A stretch of 64,000 nucleotides of DNA from an uncultured bacterium (lineage in GTDB: Bacteria; Eisenbacteria; RBG-16-71-46; CAIMUX01; WJJG01). Of this stretch, positions 33,078-43,351 are shown piece after piece. The translations under genes were made by a program, and so were the position numbers. The notes under the pieces are model-generated. The model had not been told where the DNA came from. It made no database searches and was given only the letters and a program-made list of their open reading frames with translations. The stretch lies in assembly GCA_964603725.1 (NCBI GenBank), contig CAZRWW010000001.1, forward strand, positions 69,634 through 133,633, written 5' to 3'. Position 1 is the stretch's first letter. Each line of letters opens with the position of its first letter.

Positions 33078-34906
33078 ACCTTGAACTGCCCGACCAGCTC
33101 GCGCAGGCGGGCCGCCATGCGGGCCAGCTCCTCGGCGCTGGCGTTGGTCTCGGTGGCGCCCGAGGCCGATTCCTGGGCGGACTTGTTCACGCCCTGGATG
33201 TTGGACGCAATCTCGTTCGAGGCCGCCGAGATCTGCTGGATGTTCTTGGCGATGTCGGTCGCGGCGCGCGAGGCCCCGCCGATGTTGGACGCGATCTCGT
33301 TGGTCGTGGCGGACTGCTCTTCCACCGCGCTGGCGATGGTCTGCGTGATCTCGCTGACCTCCCGGATGATCCCGGAGATGTCGCGGATGGCCGCCACCGC
33401 GCTACCGGTGTTGGCCTGCATCTCCTCGATCTGCCGGCTGATCTGCTCGGTGGCGACGGCCGTCTGCTTGGCCAGCTCCTTTACCTCGTTGGCCACGACC
33501 GCGAAGCCCTTGCCCGCCTCGCCGGCCGAGGCCGCCTCGATCGTCGCATTGAGCGCGAGCAGGTTCGTCTGATCGGCGATGTCGCTGATCGTGTCGAGCA
33601 CCTTGCCGATCTCGGACGACGAGGCGTTGAGCCGCTCCATCGTCTCTCCGGTCGCGCCGGCCTTGGAATCGGCGCTGGCCGCGACGTGCGCTGCCTGTGT
33701 GCAGTTGCGTGCCACCTCGCTGAGCGACGAGCTCATCTCCTCGATGGCCGCGGCGACCGTGTTGACCGAGGTCGACATCTCCTCGGCCCCCGCCGAAACA
33801 CCGGTCACGCTGGTCGACATCTCCTCGGTGGCCGCCGCCACGCCATTGGCCTGCTCGAGCATCTTCTCCGAGCCCGACGCCAGCATGCTCGAGGTGGCCG
33901 ACATCTCCTCGGCGGAGGCCCCCACCGTGGTGCTGTGCTGGGCAACCTCGGCCATGATCCCGCGGAGCTTGCCGACGAACTCGTTGAAGTAGCGCGCCAT
34001 GGCGCCGATCTCGTCGTTCGTGTTGACCTGAAGCTGCACGGTGAGGTCACCTTGGCCGCTGGAGATGTCCTTGAGCATCTCGGTCGCCCGGCGGATAGGC
34101 TGGACGACGCGCCGGGTCGTCACGACCACCAGCCCGATCACGAGCCCCGTGGTGCAGAGCGTGATGATGAGCATCGTGGTCACCAGCGCGCGCGCCTGGC
34201 GCTGGGCCTGAGCGGCCAGCTCGGCCACCTGGGCATCGATGAAGTCGACGTACTCGCCGCTCCCGAACACCCACCCGCGGGCCGGGTCCAGCTTGACATA
34301 GGAGATCTTGGGATAGCCCTCCGGGGTGACGCTGCCGTCGCTCTTGGGCTTGGGCCAGTAGTAGGTGATCAGGCCGCTGCCCTCGCGCGCGCAGAGATGG
34401 TTCATGTCGACGAACAGGTTGGTTTCCTTGATCTGCGACACGGCCGGGTCGTTCTTGTCGTAAGCGCGGCCGTTGAAGTAGATCTTCTCGAAGCGCTTCT
34501 TGTCCCGGAAGTCGGAGACCTCCGTGCCGTCGAGCTTCGGGATGGTGGGATGCATGACCATGATCGGCCGGTCGACTTGCGAGCGATCGAGGCCGTGGAT
34601 CCAGACGTACGACGATCCGAAGGTCAGGTCGCGCACCCGCGCCTGGCACTCCTCGTCGCTGAGTCCCGCCGCGGCGCCCGCCTCGACGGAGGCCATGGCT
34701 TGCTCGACCTGGGCCTTGAGCCGATCCGCAACGGCGGCGATCTGCTGCTCGCGGATCTGCTCCATGCGCGCCTTGTTCTGATTACCCGTCAACGTGATGA
34801 GCACCGCGGTCATGGCGGTCATTCCGACCACGAGCGGTACGGTGACCCCCAAGAGGATCTTGGCGCCAATGGTCACGCTGCGGTGATTGCCTTGCCTGTC
34901 GTGCAT
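33074..34906 (-). CDS. Methyl-accepting chemotaxis protein with a periplasmic Cache-like sensor, HAMP domain and MA domain
   Basis: The N-terminal TM is followed by a sensor domain, a second TM, HAMP, and the MCP signalling domain ...[31 protein letters not shown]... Confidence 0.95.
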   Translation of the reverse strand: MHDRQGNHRSVTIGAKILLGVTVPLVVGMTAMTAVLITLTGNQNKARMEQIREQQIAAVADRLKAQVEQAMASVEAGAAAGLSDEECQARVRDLTFGSSYVWIHGLDRSQVDRPIMVMHPTIPKLDGTEVSDFRDKKRFEKIYFNGRAYDKNDPAVSQIKETNLFVDMNHLCAREGSGLITYYWPKPKSDGSVTPEGYPKISYVKLDPARGWVFGSGEYVDFIDAQVAELAAQAQRQARALVTTMLIITLCTTGLVIGLVVVTTRRVVQPIRRATEMLKDISSGQGDLTVQLQVNTNDEIGAMARYFNEFVGKLRGIMAEVAQHSTTVGASAEEMSATSSMLASGSEKMLEQANGVAAATEEMSTSVTGVSAGAEEMSTSVNTVAAAIEEMSSSLSEVARNCTQAAHVAASADSKAGATGETMERLNASSSEIGKVLDTISDIADQTNLLALNATIEAASAGEAGKGFAVVANEVKELAKQTAVATEQISRQIEEMQANTGSAVAAIRDISGIIREVSEITQTIASAVEEQSATTNEIASNIGGASRAATDIAKNIQQISAASNEIASNIQGVNKSAQESASGATETNASAEELARMAARLRELVGQFKV

Positions 34907-35248
34907 GCCGCACCTCCATCGCTGGCCAGCTCGAGAGCCGCTCTACCGGCTGCGTCACCCCCTGCCAGGGTGGCGCGGGAGAACCTGCCGGAACCCCGCG
35001 AGCCGCTGCCGGGCGCATCGCAAGCGAATGCGTACGTCCGTTACTCCCCTGATATCGACCGCGGCGCCGCTCGACCGAGCCGTTTGGGGGCACCCAACCC
35101 TGTTGGCTGAGATCCAGCACGCTCGGCTGGACGGCGCCCGCGGCAGCAAGGCATTGAATCAGAGGCCATTGCCGGCCAGCGCCTGCCCTCGGGCGGCGCT
35201 CTCGCCAGCCAGGCCTCTGGTTGCTTTCCTCCAGTCGACGGCGCCGGG

Positions 35249-35302
35249 ATGCCCAAAGGGAGACGGGTGCCCAAAGGGAGACGGGTGCCCAAAGGGAGGA
35301 TT
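35249..35302. repeat. 18-bp tandem repeat x3 (GTGCCCAAAGGGAGACGG) in the MCP/scramblase divergent intergenic region
   Basis: Direct reading: gatgcccaaagggagacgg gtgcccaaagggagacgg gtgcccaaagggagg. Confidence 0.9.
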
Positions 35303-35442
35303 GAGGCGTCGCCGATCGCGTGGCAGGATCCCCGCGCCGGCGGCCGCCTGGATCCCGGCAACCCTCGCCCCCGCGCCGAGCACCGGCGCGCGGCGCGGGT
35401 CTTGAGTGGACCGTCGGCCGGGAAACCCGGGAGGATGGACTC

Positions 35443-36039
35443 ATGGAGCGAATGGCCGACACGCGGGCCCTGGCGGTCCGCCAGCGCAAGGAGTGGGGCG
35501 AGATCCTCACGGGCTTCGAAGCCCGGAACCGCTACGGGATCCAGGACGCCGACGGCCGGGAGGTCTACCTGGCCGCGGAGATCGCCGGCTCGTTCCTGGC
35601 GCGCATGTTCCTGGGCCGCGTGCGGCCCTTCGAGATCCAGGTGGTCAGTCCCGACGGCGTCGGGGTCTGCACGATCAAGCGCCCCTTCCGCTGGTTCTTG
35701 CACGAGGTGCACGTGAGCGGCGCCGGCGGGCGCCCGCTGGGCAGCGTCAAGCAGCGCTTCGCCTGGTTGCGCCGGCGGTTCAGCGTGCGCGACGCCTCCG
35801 GCCTGGAGTTCTGCGAGCTGTACGGCCCGATCCTCCACCCCTGGACCTTCGAGATCCGCGAGGGCGAGCGCGCGCTGGGGCGCATCGTCAAGCGTTGGAG
35901 CGGCACCGGCAAGGAACTCTTCACGGATGCCGACAACTTCGGTGTCGAGTTCCCGCGCGGATGGGAAGTGAGTCGCAAGGCGATCCTTCTTGCCGCGGTG
36001 TTTCTCATCGATTTCTTGTACTTTGAACGCTCGGGATAG
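35443..36039 (+). CDS. Phospholipid scramblase-family (PLSCR/LURP-one-related) protein
   Basis: MERMADTRALAVRQRKEWGEILTGFEARNRYGIQDADGREVYLAAE...FEIREGERALGRIVKRW. GGGAGG lies 9 nt upstream of the ATG at 35443. The track ORF starts at 35320. Confidence 0.7.
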   Translation: MERMADTRALAVRQRKEWGEILTGFEARNRYGIQDADGREVYLAAEIAGSFLARMFLGRVRPFEIQVVSPDGVGVCTIKRPFRWFLHEVHVSGAGGRPLGSVKQRFAWLRRRFSVRDASGLEFCELYGPILHPWTFEIREGERALGRIVKRWSGTGKELFTDADNFGVEFPRGWEVSRKAILLAAVFLIDFLYFERSG

Positions 36040-36063
36040 AACCGATCGCCCGGGAGCGCCGCG

Positions 36064-36702
36064 ATGAAGAGGTTCAGGACCTTCCTCCACACCTCGTTGC
36101 TCGGCGGTGTCGTGGTCATCCTCCCCGTCGCCGTGACGTTCCTCGTGTTTCGCTGGATCTTCGGCGTGGTCACAGGCCTGATCGCCCCGTTCGTGCGCAT
36201 GCTGGGGCTCGTCCTGGAGATCGAGACGAAGACCCAGACCATCCTGGCGCACTTCGTGGTGCTGGCGGTGATCGTCGCGGCGTGCTTCCTGGTCGGCGTG
36301 GCGGTGCGCACGCGCCTGGGCGCCCTGGCGTACCGCGGCCTGGAGAGGCGCGTGCTGCGCGTCGCCCCGGGATACTCGATCATCAAGGAGACCGTCTCCC
36401 AGCTCCTGGGCAGCCAGCGGGCCCCCTTCTCCACGGTGGCGATCGTGCGGCTCGGCGAGAATCTGAAGGCAACCGCATTCGTCACCGAATCGCACCCCGA
36501 CGGCACCCAGACGGTCTTCGTGCCAACCGGACCGAATCCGACCTCGGGCTTCATCCTGCATGTGCCGGCCGCGCAGGTGGAGGTCGTCAAGGCGCCCGTC
36601 GAGAAGGTCATCCGTTCGATCATCAGCTGCGGGGTCGGTTCCGGCGCGGTGCTTGGGGCCCCGCGCGAGCAGCCCGGTCGCCCTCCCGTGTCAGCCGAAT
36701 AG
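36064..36702 (+). CDS. DUF502 family membrane protein
   Basis: MKRFRTFLHTSLLGGVVVILPVAVTFLVFRWIFGVVTGLIAP...GFILHVPAAQVEVV. Confidence 0.85.
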   Translation: MKRFRTFLHTSLLGGVVVILPVAVTFLVFRWIFGVVTGLIAPFVRMLGLVLEIETKTQTILAHFVVLAVIVAACFLVGVAVRTRLGALAYRGLERRVLRVAPGYSIIKETVSQLLGSQRAPFSTVAIVRLGENLKATAFVTESHPDGTQTVFVPTGPNPTSGFILHVPAAQVEVVKAPVEKVIRSIISCGVGSGAVLGAPREQPGRPPVSAE

Positions 36703-37016
36703 GGCGCGCGGAGGGTTCCGGCGGCGCGCCGGCCGAGTAGGGCGCGCAGAGGGCACGGGCGGCGCGCAAGGACCGGTCCGGGCTGCATGCACAGTTCCCC
36801 GCGCAACACGATTGCATCGGCTTTGCTCTGGCGCCACCTCGATGCCGAAATCGTCCGCGGCGTGGGAACCGGGCCCTCTCGGCATGGTTGGAGCGAAAAG
36901 AGCAGGCGACCGAGTGAGGGTTCTTTCGGACGGTCCGCGCTGCTGGATGGAGATGGCCACCACGGGCCCGATCCGGGGATCTCCGATCCCCCTCGTGCAT
37001 AGAACGGAGGTGCGCG

Positions 37017-37658
37017 ATGAGCAAGCACACGTTGGGAAAGCTGCCCTATGCATACGACGCGCTCGAGCCCTACATCGATGCGCTCACGATGGAGATCCAT
37101 CACGGCAAGCACCATCAGGCGTATGTCAACAATCTGAACGCGGCGCTGGAAGGGCACGACACCCTGCGGCAGAAGACGGTCGAGGAGTTGCTGGGCGACC
37201 TGACCGCCCTGCCCGAGGCGATCCGGGAGGCGGTGCGCAACAACGGCGGCGGGCACTGGAACCACAGCTTCTTCTGGCCTCTGCTCAAGAAGGGGTCGGC
37301 CCCCCAGGGCGACGTCGTGGAAGCCCTCAAGCGTGAATTCGGGAACTTCGACGAATTCAAGGCGCGTTTCTCGAAGGCGGCCGCCACGCGCTTCGGCAGC
37401 GGCTGGGCCTGGGTGGCGCTCAAGCGAGACAAGCTCGAGATCCTGAGCACCCCCAATCAGGACACGCCGATCAGTCAGGGGATGATTCCCCTTTTGGGGC
37501 TGGATGTCTGGGAGCACGCGTACTATCTGAAGTACCAGAACCGCCGGCCCGAATACATCGAGGCTTTCTTCAGTGTGATCAATTGGGAGCGGGTCAACGA
37601 CCTCTACGTTGCCGCGCGCGAGGGCCGGTCAACCTTCGCGGTCAGCGAAACGCGGTGA
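37017..37658 (+). CDS. sodA: Fe/Mn superoxide dismutase
   Basis: [33 protein letters not shown]...[11 protein letters not shown]...GSGWAWV...[19 protein letters not shown]. Confidence 0.97.
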   Translation: MSKHTLGKLPYAYDALEPYIDALTMEIHHGKHHQAYVNNLNAALEGHDTLRQKTVEELLGDLTALPEAIREAVRNNGGGHWNHSFFWPLLKKGSAPQGDVVEALKREFGNFDEFKARFSKAAATRFGSGWAWVALKRDKLEILSTPNQDTPISQGMIPLLGLDVWEHAYYLKYQNRRPEYIEAFFSVINWERVNDLYVAAREGRSTFAVSETR

Positions 37659-37977
37659 TCGAACCCGGACCCTCTTGGTCCATTCTTCCTCCTGTACGGA
37701 CAATCCGGGCCCGCGGCCGAAAGGTCGCGGGCCCGATTCTTTGTACCCCAGACTCCTCGCGCGCTGGACGCGCGCCGTCCCGTGAGCGAGGATCCCGCGC
37801 GGCGGGCAGCATGAATCATCGCCGGGCCGGAAGCGTACATCCGGCCGTGGATGCCCGGGCTTCTCTGACAGGCGGTGGAAGCCATGGACGAGGCACGCGG
37901 CGCGGGGCTGACCGCCGGCCCTGCGAGGCGACCGCGGGCCCTCCAAGGTCGCGGATCTGGCGAGTGGAGGAAGACCG

Positions 37978-38322
37978 ATGTTCGTTCCCGTCATCGTCCC
38001 GACGCAGGATGCGTCGCCGCACGCGCAAGAGCTGGGCCGGCGCATCGCCGCGCTCATTCGCGACTACCGCCTCCAACACCAGGACGCGAGCGCGACGGAT
38101 GTGCACTTCGCCCTGCGCATCGCCGCCGAGGAGGCAGGCGGCGTCGAGCGCCGGCGCCGGATGATCCTGCTGGGCGGCGTGCTGGCGGCCATCCTGGGCG
38201 CCGGCCTGGTCTTCTTCGCGCGCGCCGGACGGGGTGAGGCCGCGTTTCCGCTGGTCTTCGTCGCGGCGCTCATCCTGGTCGTGCTGCTCGTTGTGGTCGC
38301 GCTCAAGAGCCGGATCGGGTAA
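37978..38322 (+). CDS. Small hypothetical membrane protein (114 aa, one or two TM helices)
   Basis: The ORF is in a clean gap on the operon strand. C-terminus LLGGVLAAILGAGLVFF...LVFVAALILVVLLVVVAL. Confidence 0.5.
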   Translation: MFVPVIVPTQDASPHAQELGRRIAALIRDYRLQHQDASATDVHFALRIAAEEAGGVERRRRMILLGGVLAAILGAGLVFFARAGRGEAAFPLVFVAALILVVLLVVVALKSRIG

Positions 38323-38415
38323 TCGGGGCGGCACGCCGCCGCCGGACATGCGGCGGCGGACATGTGGAGGCGCGCCCCGGCTGGCGCGCCGCTGCTGGAA
38401 CGGGAGGCAGCGCCG

Positions 38416-39603
38416 ATGACAGCTCCACGCCTGCGCTTCGTGGGCGCGCCCGTTGCGCGACCCACGCCCATCCTCGATGCGACCAGGGTGCGCGCCAACA
38501 TCGCGCGCATGGCGGCCAAGGCCCGCGCGAGCGGCGTCCGGCTGCGCCCGCACTTCAAGACCCATCAGTCGGCCGAGATCGGCGACTGGTTCCGCGAGCA
38601 CGGGGTGAGCGCCATCACCGTCTCGTCGCTGCGCATGGCGCGCTACTTCGCCGGCCACGGCTGGCAGGACATCACCGTCGCCTTTCCCGCCAATCTGCGG
38701 GAGGTCGAGGAGATCGCCGCGCTCGCCCACGCGATCAGGCTGGGTCTGCTGGCCGACGACCCGGCGGCGGTGCACGCGCTGGCAGGCGCCCTGTCCGGCC
38801 TCCCGGCGGGCTCCGGGCGAGCGTGGGTCAAGATCGACACCGGCCTCGGTCGGGTGGGCGTGCGGTGGGACGATCAGTCCCGCCTGAGCGCCGTGGCCGA
38901 GGCCCTGCGATCGCAGGCGGGGCTCGCGTACGCCGGCGCCCTGACCCACGCCGGCCACAGTTACGGCGCGCGCACGCGCGCGGAGCTGGCCGCGATTCAC
39001 TCGGAGAGCGTCGCGCGCCTGCGGGCGGCGCGCGACCTCTTGGACGCGACCATCGGGCGCCCGGGCGAGCTGTCGATCGGCGACACCCCGACGTGCAGCA
39101 CCGTCGAGAGCTTCGAGGGCGTCGACGAGATCCGTCCCGGGAACTTCGTCTTCTACGACCTGATGCAGCTCGCCATCGGATCGTGTCGCGCGGAGGATCT
39201 CGCCGTCGCGATCGCCTGCCCGGTGGTGGGCAAGTACGCGCGGCGCGGCGAGATCGTGATCTACGGCGGGGCGGTCCACCTGTCGAAGGAGGCGCTGGCG
39301 GATGGGAGGGCGTCGGGCGAGGACGCGGCAGTCGCGGCGGCTCGCCCCGGCGCTTCCACGTACGGGTGCCTCGCCATCGATCCGGGCGCAGGCCTGGGGC
39401 GCCCCGAGCCCCGCGCGCCGGTGATCGCGTTGTCGCAGGAGCACGGCATCGTGCGCCTGCCGAGCGATCTGTGGGACGCCATCGGCGTGGGCGATCTCGT
39501 GCTGGTCTATCCCGTCCATGCCTGCCTGGCGTGCGATCTGCACGCCGCCTACGTCACCACCGATGGCCGGACGATCCCGCGGCTGACGCCGAGCGGCGCG
39601 TGA
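38416..39603 (+). CDS. PLP-dependent alanine-racemase-fold enzyme of the D-serine dehydratase-like / D-threonine aldolase (DSD1) family
   Basis: LRPHFKTHQSAEIGDWF (PLP lysine), an alanine racemase N-domain, and a C-terminal D-serine-dehydratase-like domain. GGGAGG lies 8 nt upstream of the ATG at 38416. Confidence 0.8.
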   Translation: MTAPRLRFVGAPVARPTPILDATRVRANIARMAAKARASGVRLRPHFKTHQSAEIGDWFREHGVSAITVSSLRMARYFAGHGWQDITVAFPANLREVEEIAALAHAIRLGLLADDPAAVHALAGALSGLPAGSGRAWVKIDTGLGRVGVRWDDQSRLSAVAEALRSQAGLAYAGALTHAGHSYGARTRAELAAIHSESVARLRAARDLLDATIGRPGELSIGDTPTCSTVESFEGVDEIRPGNFVFYDLMQLAIGSCRAEDLAVAIACPVVGKYARRGEIVIYGGAVHLSKEALADGRASGEDAAVAAARPGASTYGCLAIDPGAGLGRPEPRAPVIALSQEHGIVRLPSDLWDAIGVGDLVLVYPVHACLACDLHAAYVTTDGRTIPRLTPSGA

Positions 39604-39699
39604 TTGCCGTGACCCGGTGCCAGGTCTCGTCCGATGGACCGCCCGGCGCCCGCGACCGGCGCGAGGCATCGGCCTGACTCTCCAAGGCTGGGCGCAAGT

Positions 39700-40323
39700 A
39701 TGGGCCTGCAACGGACAGCGACTTCGTGGAGATGTCTCCTCGCCCTGGCGTGGATCTGCCCGGCGACCTTGTCGGCCTCATCCGCGGATGATCGGGATCA
39801 CGAAGACGGAGCCCTCCTGCGACTCTGGGTGGGTGTGGGCGGCGCCCATTCGGAGCGCCAGACCTCGTGGGGGAAGCTCCGATTCTCAGGCAGGGCGTCG
39901 GAGGTGAACTTCGCGGTTGGGGGAATCGTCAGCCCGAATCTCGCGCTGCACGCCACGTTGTACGGATGGACGGTCAACCACCCCGACGCGGAACTCGGTG
40001 GGGTGGCCACCGCCGTGCATGGGGACTTCGATCTGACCGCCGTCGGCGGCGGAGTGACTTACTATCTCATGCCGCTGAATGTGTACTTCTCCGGAACGCT
40101 CGGCTGCGGTTCCCTGCGGCTCGAGCACACCGCCACCGGGAGCAGCACGACCGGCATCGGTCTCGTCACCGACGCGGCGGTCGGCAAGGAGTGGTGGATC
40201 GCGCGACAATGGGGCCTGGGCGGCGCGGTGGGATTTGGCTACCACAACCTCCCACTGGAGGACAGCAGCGTGCGCTGGCGCGGAAGCTCGCTCACCATGC
40301 GCCTCAGCCTGACGATGAACTGA
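39700..40323 (+). CDS. Secreted or outer-membrane hypothetical protein
   Basis: Signal peptide MGLQRTATSWRCLLALAWICPATLSASSA. Gly/aromatic-rich with alternating pattern (GGAVGFGYHN). The track ORF starts at 39634. Confidence 0.5.
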   Translation: MGLQRTATSWRCLLALAWICPATLSASSADDRDHEDGALLRLWVGVGGAHSERQTSWGKLRFSGRASEVNFAVGGIVSPNLALHATLYGWTVNHPDAELGGVATAVHGDFDLTAVGGGVTYYLMPLNVYFSGTLGCGSLRLEHTATGSSTTGIGLVTDAAVGKEWWIARQWGLGGAVGFGYHNLPLEDSSVRWRGSSLTMRLSLTMN

Positions 40324-40390
40324 CCATCGGCCTCCCGCGCGCCACGGTCGATCATCAGCAGCCATTCGCGAGCGGGCGCTGTCGGGCAGG

Positions 40391-41365
40391 TTACCGGATC
40401 TTCCCCTCCAGGAACGGCACCTCGTAGACCTTGTCGTGCTGGATCGGGCCATGGCCGAAGTAGCCGTTCTCGCCGAAGAGCTCGCCGTGGTCGGCCGTCA
40501 CGGTGATGTAGGTGTTCTTCGGCACCATGTCGTACAGGCGCTCGAAGACCCCTTCCAGGTACTGCACCGTGTCGATCTGCCGCCCGCGCAGGATGTCGAG
40601 CTTCTCCTGGTCGAAGAAGGGCTCCGTCTTGGCATCGGTCTTGAGCTTGCCGTCCACCACCGCGTCATCGAGGTGCTTGAACACGCCGTGCACGCCGCTC
40701 AGCCGGGGCCAGAGGTCCTTGGGCTCGGTCGGACGGGCGTATGGGTAGTGGGTTTCGCCCACGTTGAAGATGAAGAACGACGGACGCTCCGGCGAGAATG
40801 TCATCTCGTCGAGCATCGCGTTCATGTCGTTGTGCTTCTCCATCAACTTGAACGTGTCGAAGTCCTTGTTGATCGCCGTCTTGGGGTTCAGCACCGGCAG
40901 CGACACCTTGGCGTGCGTGAAGTACCCCAGGGTGTTGCGCAAGTAGGTCGGCAGATAGAGGTGCGGCACAAAGCTCGCGAACTCGATGTCGCGGGCGCCG
41001 AAGCGCTCGTTGAACCTGAGGAAGTCCTGCTTGTAGTAGTCCGAAGCGTAGACGTGCGGGGGGCTCGTGTGCGGCAGCAAGCCCATGAGCAGATTGTAGT
41101 GCGAGGGCGCCGTCCACGAGGCATAGCTCCAGCGCGACTCGACCGCGCCCAGCTTGGTGATGATCTTGGGCTTGGCCGCCAGGAACGAGTCGTACCGGCA
41201 GCTATCGAGGATCACGATGATGTAGTTGTTCATGTTGTCGAACGGCGGGTCGGGCCGCTTGGCGGGCGCGCCGGGGACCATCACCGGTCGGGGCGGCGCG
41301 GCCGCTCGGGAAGGACCGCCTGGCTGCGCGGGTTTCTTGCCGATGAGCTTGTCGAAGAGACCCAT
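40391..41365 (-). CDS. Alkaline phosphatase superfamily (sulfatase/phosphotransferase-like) metalloenzyme
   Basis: NYIIVILDSCRYDSF and TADHGELFGENGYFGHG. The gene is Lys-rich and has lower GC (about 58-60%) than its surroundings. Confidence 0.8.
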   Translation of the reverse strand: MGLFDKLIGKKPAQPGGPSRAAAPPRPVMVPGAPAKRPDPPFDNMNNYIIVILDSCRYDSFLAAKPKIITKLGAVESRWSYASWTAPSHYNLLMGLLPHTSPPHVYASDYYKQDFLRFNERFGARDIEFASFVPHLYLPTYLRNTLGYFTHAKVSLPVLNPKTAINKDFDTFKLMEKHNDMNAMLDEMTFSPERPSFFIFNVGETHYPYARPTEPKDLWPRLSGVHGVFKHLDDAVVDGKLKTDAKTEPFFDQEKLDILRGRQIDTVQYLEGVFERLYDMVPKNTYITVTADHGELFGENGYFGHGPIQHDKVYEVPFLEGKIR

Positions 41366-41548
41366 GTTCGACTCCTTGGTCCGTGATCCTCAACCCGTGA
41401 TCGGCGATCCGCGCTCCTCGATGCCCGATCGGTTGCCCCGATCCGCGGCCCTTGTCGCGGGGTCGCATCCTCCCGCCGGCTCGAGCCCCCCCGCCCGCCA
41501 TGAGCCGGGTCGGGCGAGCGGAAGCCGATATTCTACCCCATTCGGGCG

Positions 41549-41644
41549 CACGACGCCGCAGCCCTGGCTGCCCACGACGCCGCAGCCCTGGCTGCCCACG
41601 ACGCCGCAGCCCTGGCTGCCCACGATGCCGCAGCCCTGGCTGCC
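41549..41644. repeat. 24-bp tandem repeat x4 (CACGACGCCGCAGCCCTGGCTGCC), intergenic
   Basis: Four consecutive copies, the last with a GAT variant. It lies between the divergent alkaline-phosphatase-like gene and the ALDH gene. Confidence 0.9.
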
Positions 41645-41857
41645 CCCTCCTCCGGCGCACCGGCTGGAGGAGGCGCCGACCGCGCCGCGCATCTGCTTGC
41701 AGGGGCTACCCTTCCTGGGTGTTCGGCTCCGGCGGCCCTCTTCTCTACCCGATCTCCGCTCCGGGTAGGCGCGGGCGCGTCCGACAATAGGAACACGGGA
41801 CGGGGCCCGGCAACAGCGGCCCGAGCGCCGATGCGCATTCCCGCGGAGAGGACGCCC

Positions 41858-43285
41858 ATGGAGCCGCGCGGCCCCATCATCGGTCTGGAACGTCTGGACT
41901 GGGGATCGCCCCGTCAGATCCGCAGCCCCTACGACCAGCGCATCGTGAGCGAGGTGCGCTTCGGCGATCGGCGCGCGCTCGATACCGCCATTGCGGTTGC
42001 CGAGCTCTCCTATCCCCCCTTCCGCCGCGAGCCCGTCCACCGGCGGGCGGCCTGGCTGCGCGCCATGGCGGCCGGCATCCGCCGCCGCGGCGAAGAGCTG
42101 GCGCAGGCGATCTCGCTGGAGGCCGGCAAGCCCATCCGCCTCGCCCGGCTCGAGGTCGACGGCGCGGCGGAGACCTGCTTGCTGGCGGCCGAGGAAGCCG
42201 GCCGCATCGCCGGGGACCTGGCGCCGCTCGACGGAACGCCCGACGGCGAGGGCCGGACATGCCTCGTGCGCAGATTCCCCATCGGGCCCGTCGCCGCGAT
42301 CACGACGTTCGACCAGCCGCTGCACCTGGCCGCCCGCCGCATGTCGGCCGCCGTCGCCGCGGGCAACACGATGGTCCTGAAGCCCGCCTCGCAGACGCCC
42401 ACGGCGGCCATCCTGCTCGGGCTCATCGCGCTTGAGGCCGGCGTGCCCGAGGGCGTGCTCAGCGTCGTGCCCTGCGACGCGAGCGACGCGGCCCCACTGA
42501 TCGAGGACGGGCGCCTGCGGATGCTCTGCTTCACGGGCAGCTCCGAGGTCGGCTGGCTGCTCAGAGCGCGCGCCGGCCGCAAGAAGGTCGCGCTGGAACT
42601 GGGCGGCAACGCGGCCGCGATCGTGGAGCCCGACGTGGACGTCGACGTTGCCGCGCGGCGCCTGGCCATGAGCGCCTTCGGCTTCGCGGGCCAGTCGAGC
42701 ACGTCGGTGCAGCGCATCTATGTCCACGAGCGCGTGACGCGGCGGTTCCTCGATGAGCTGATCCAGACGGCCACGCTGCGGATTCCAGTGGGCGACCCGG
42801 CTCATGAGGATGTGCTCTGCGGGCCCGTCGTCGACACCGCCAGCGCCGGGCGCATCCAGGAGTGGATCGACCAGGCCATCTCGGCCGCGGCCGTGCCCCT
42901 GCTCGAAGCCAAGCGCGAGGGCAACGTGCTCACGCCGGCGGTGCTCACCCAGGTCAAGGAGGATCTGCCTCTCGCGGCCCGTGAGGCGTTCGGGCCGGTC
43001 GTGGTCGTGGAGACCTACCGCGGCATCAACCGGGCCATCGAGCTGGCCGGGCGAACATCCTACGGGCTCCAGACCGCGATCTACAGCAACGACATTCGCA
43101 AGGTCATGCTCGCCTTCCAGGAAATCGAGGCGGGTGTGCTCATCCACAACGACTACCCGTCCTACCGCGTCGAGGCGATGCCCTGCGGCGGCGTCAAGGC
43201 TTCGGGGATGGGACGCGGCGGGGCGCGCCAGGCGATCGAGGAGATGACGCAGGCGCGGGTGCTGGTGGTGGATGCGCGGATCTGA
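41858..43285 (+). CDS. Aldehyde dehydrogenase superfamily protein with catalytic Cys replaced by Ser
   Basis: VALELGGNAAAIV (general-base Glu present). The nucleophile motif reads FGFAGQSSTSVQRIYV (DNA ggc cag tcg agc acg tcg) instead of GQ-C. GGAGAGG lies 7 nt upstream of the ATG at 41858. The track ORF starts at 41831. Confidence 0.85.
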   Translation: MEPRGPIIGLERLDWGSPRQIRSPYDQRIVSEVRFGDRRALDTAIAVAELSYPPFRREPVHRRAAWLRAMAAGIRRRGEELAQAISLEAGKPIRLARLEVDGAAETCLLAAEEAGRIAGDLAPLDGTPDGEGRTCLVRRFPIGPVAAITTFDQPLHLAARRMSAAVAAGNTMVLKPASQTPTAAILLGLIALEAGVPEGVLSVVPCDASDAAPLIEDGRLRMLCFTGSSEVGWLLRARAGRKKVALELGGNAAAIVEPDVDVDVAARRLAMSAFGFAGQSSTSVQRIYVHERVTRRFLDELIQTATLRIPVGDPAHEDVLCGPVVDTASAGRIQEWIDQAISAAAVPLLEAKREGNVLTPAVLTQVKEDLPLAAREAFGPVVVVETYRGINRAIELAGRTSYGLQTAIYSNDIRKVMLAFQEIEAGVLIHNDYPSYRVEAMPCGGVKASGMGRGGARQAIEEMTQARVLVVDARI

Positions 43286-43351
43286 AACGGCGAGCATAAG
43301 CGAAGGTCTCCGCCTGGCCGGTATGGGGCGGACCGGTGCGGCGGCGGCCTG

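Noticed and set aside
28988-35110. Several long antisense ORFs (28988..31321 minus, 31089..33014 minus, 32276..35110 plus)
   Set aside because: Each lies opposite well-supported genes: the DASS permease, FMN reductase, M24 peptidase and MCP. All are low-complexity Arg/Gly/Asp-rich.
37816-39711. 631-aa minus-strand ORF
   Set aside because: Antisense to the PLP-dependent DSD1-like gene and the small membrane protein. No domains.
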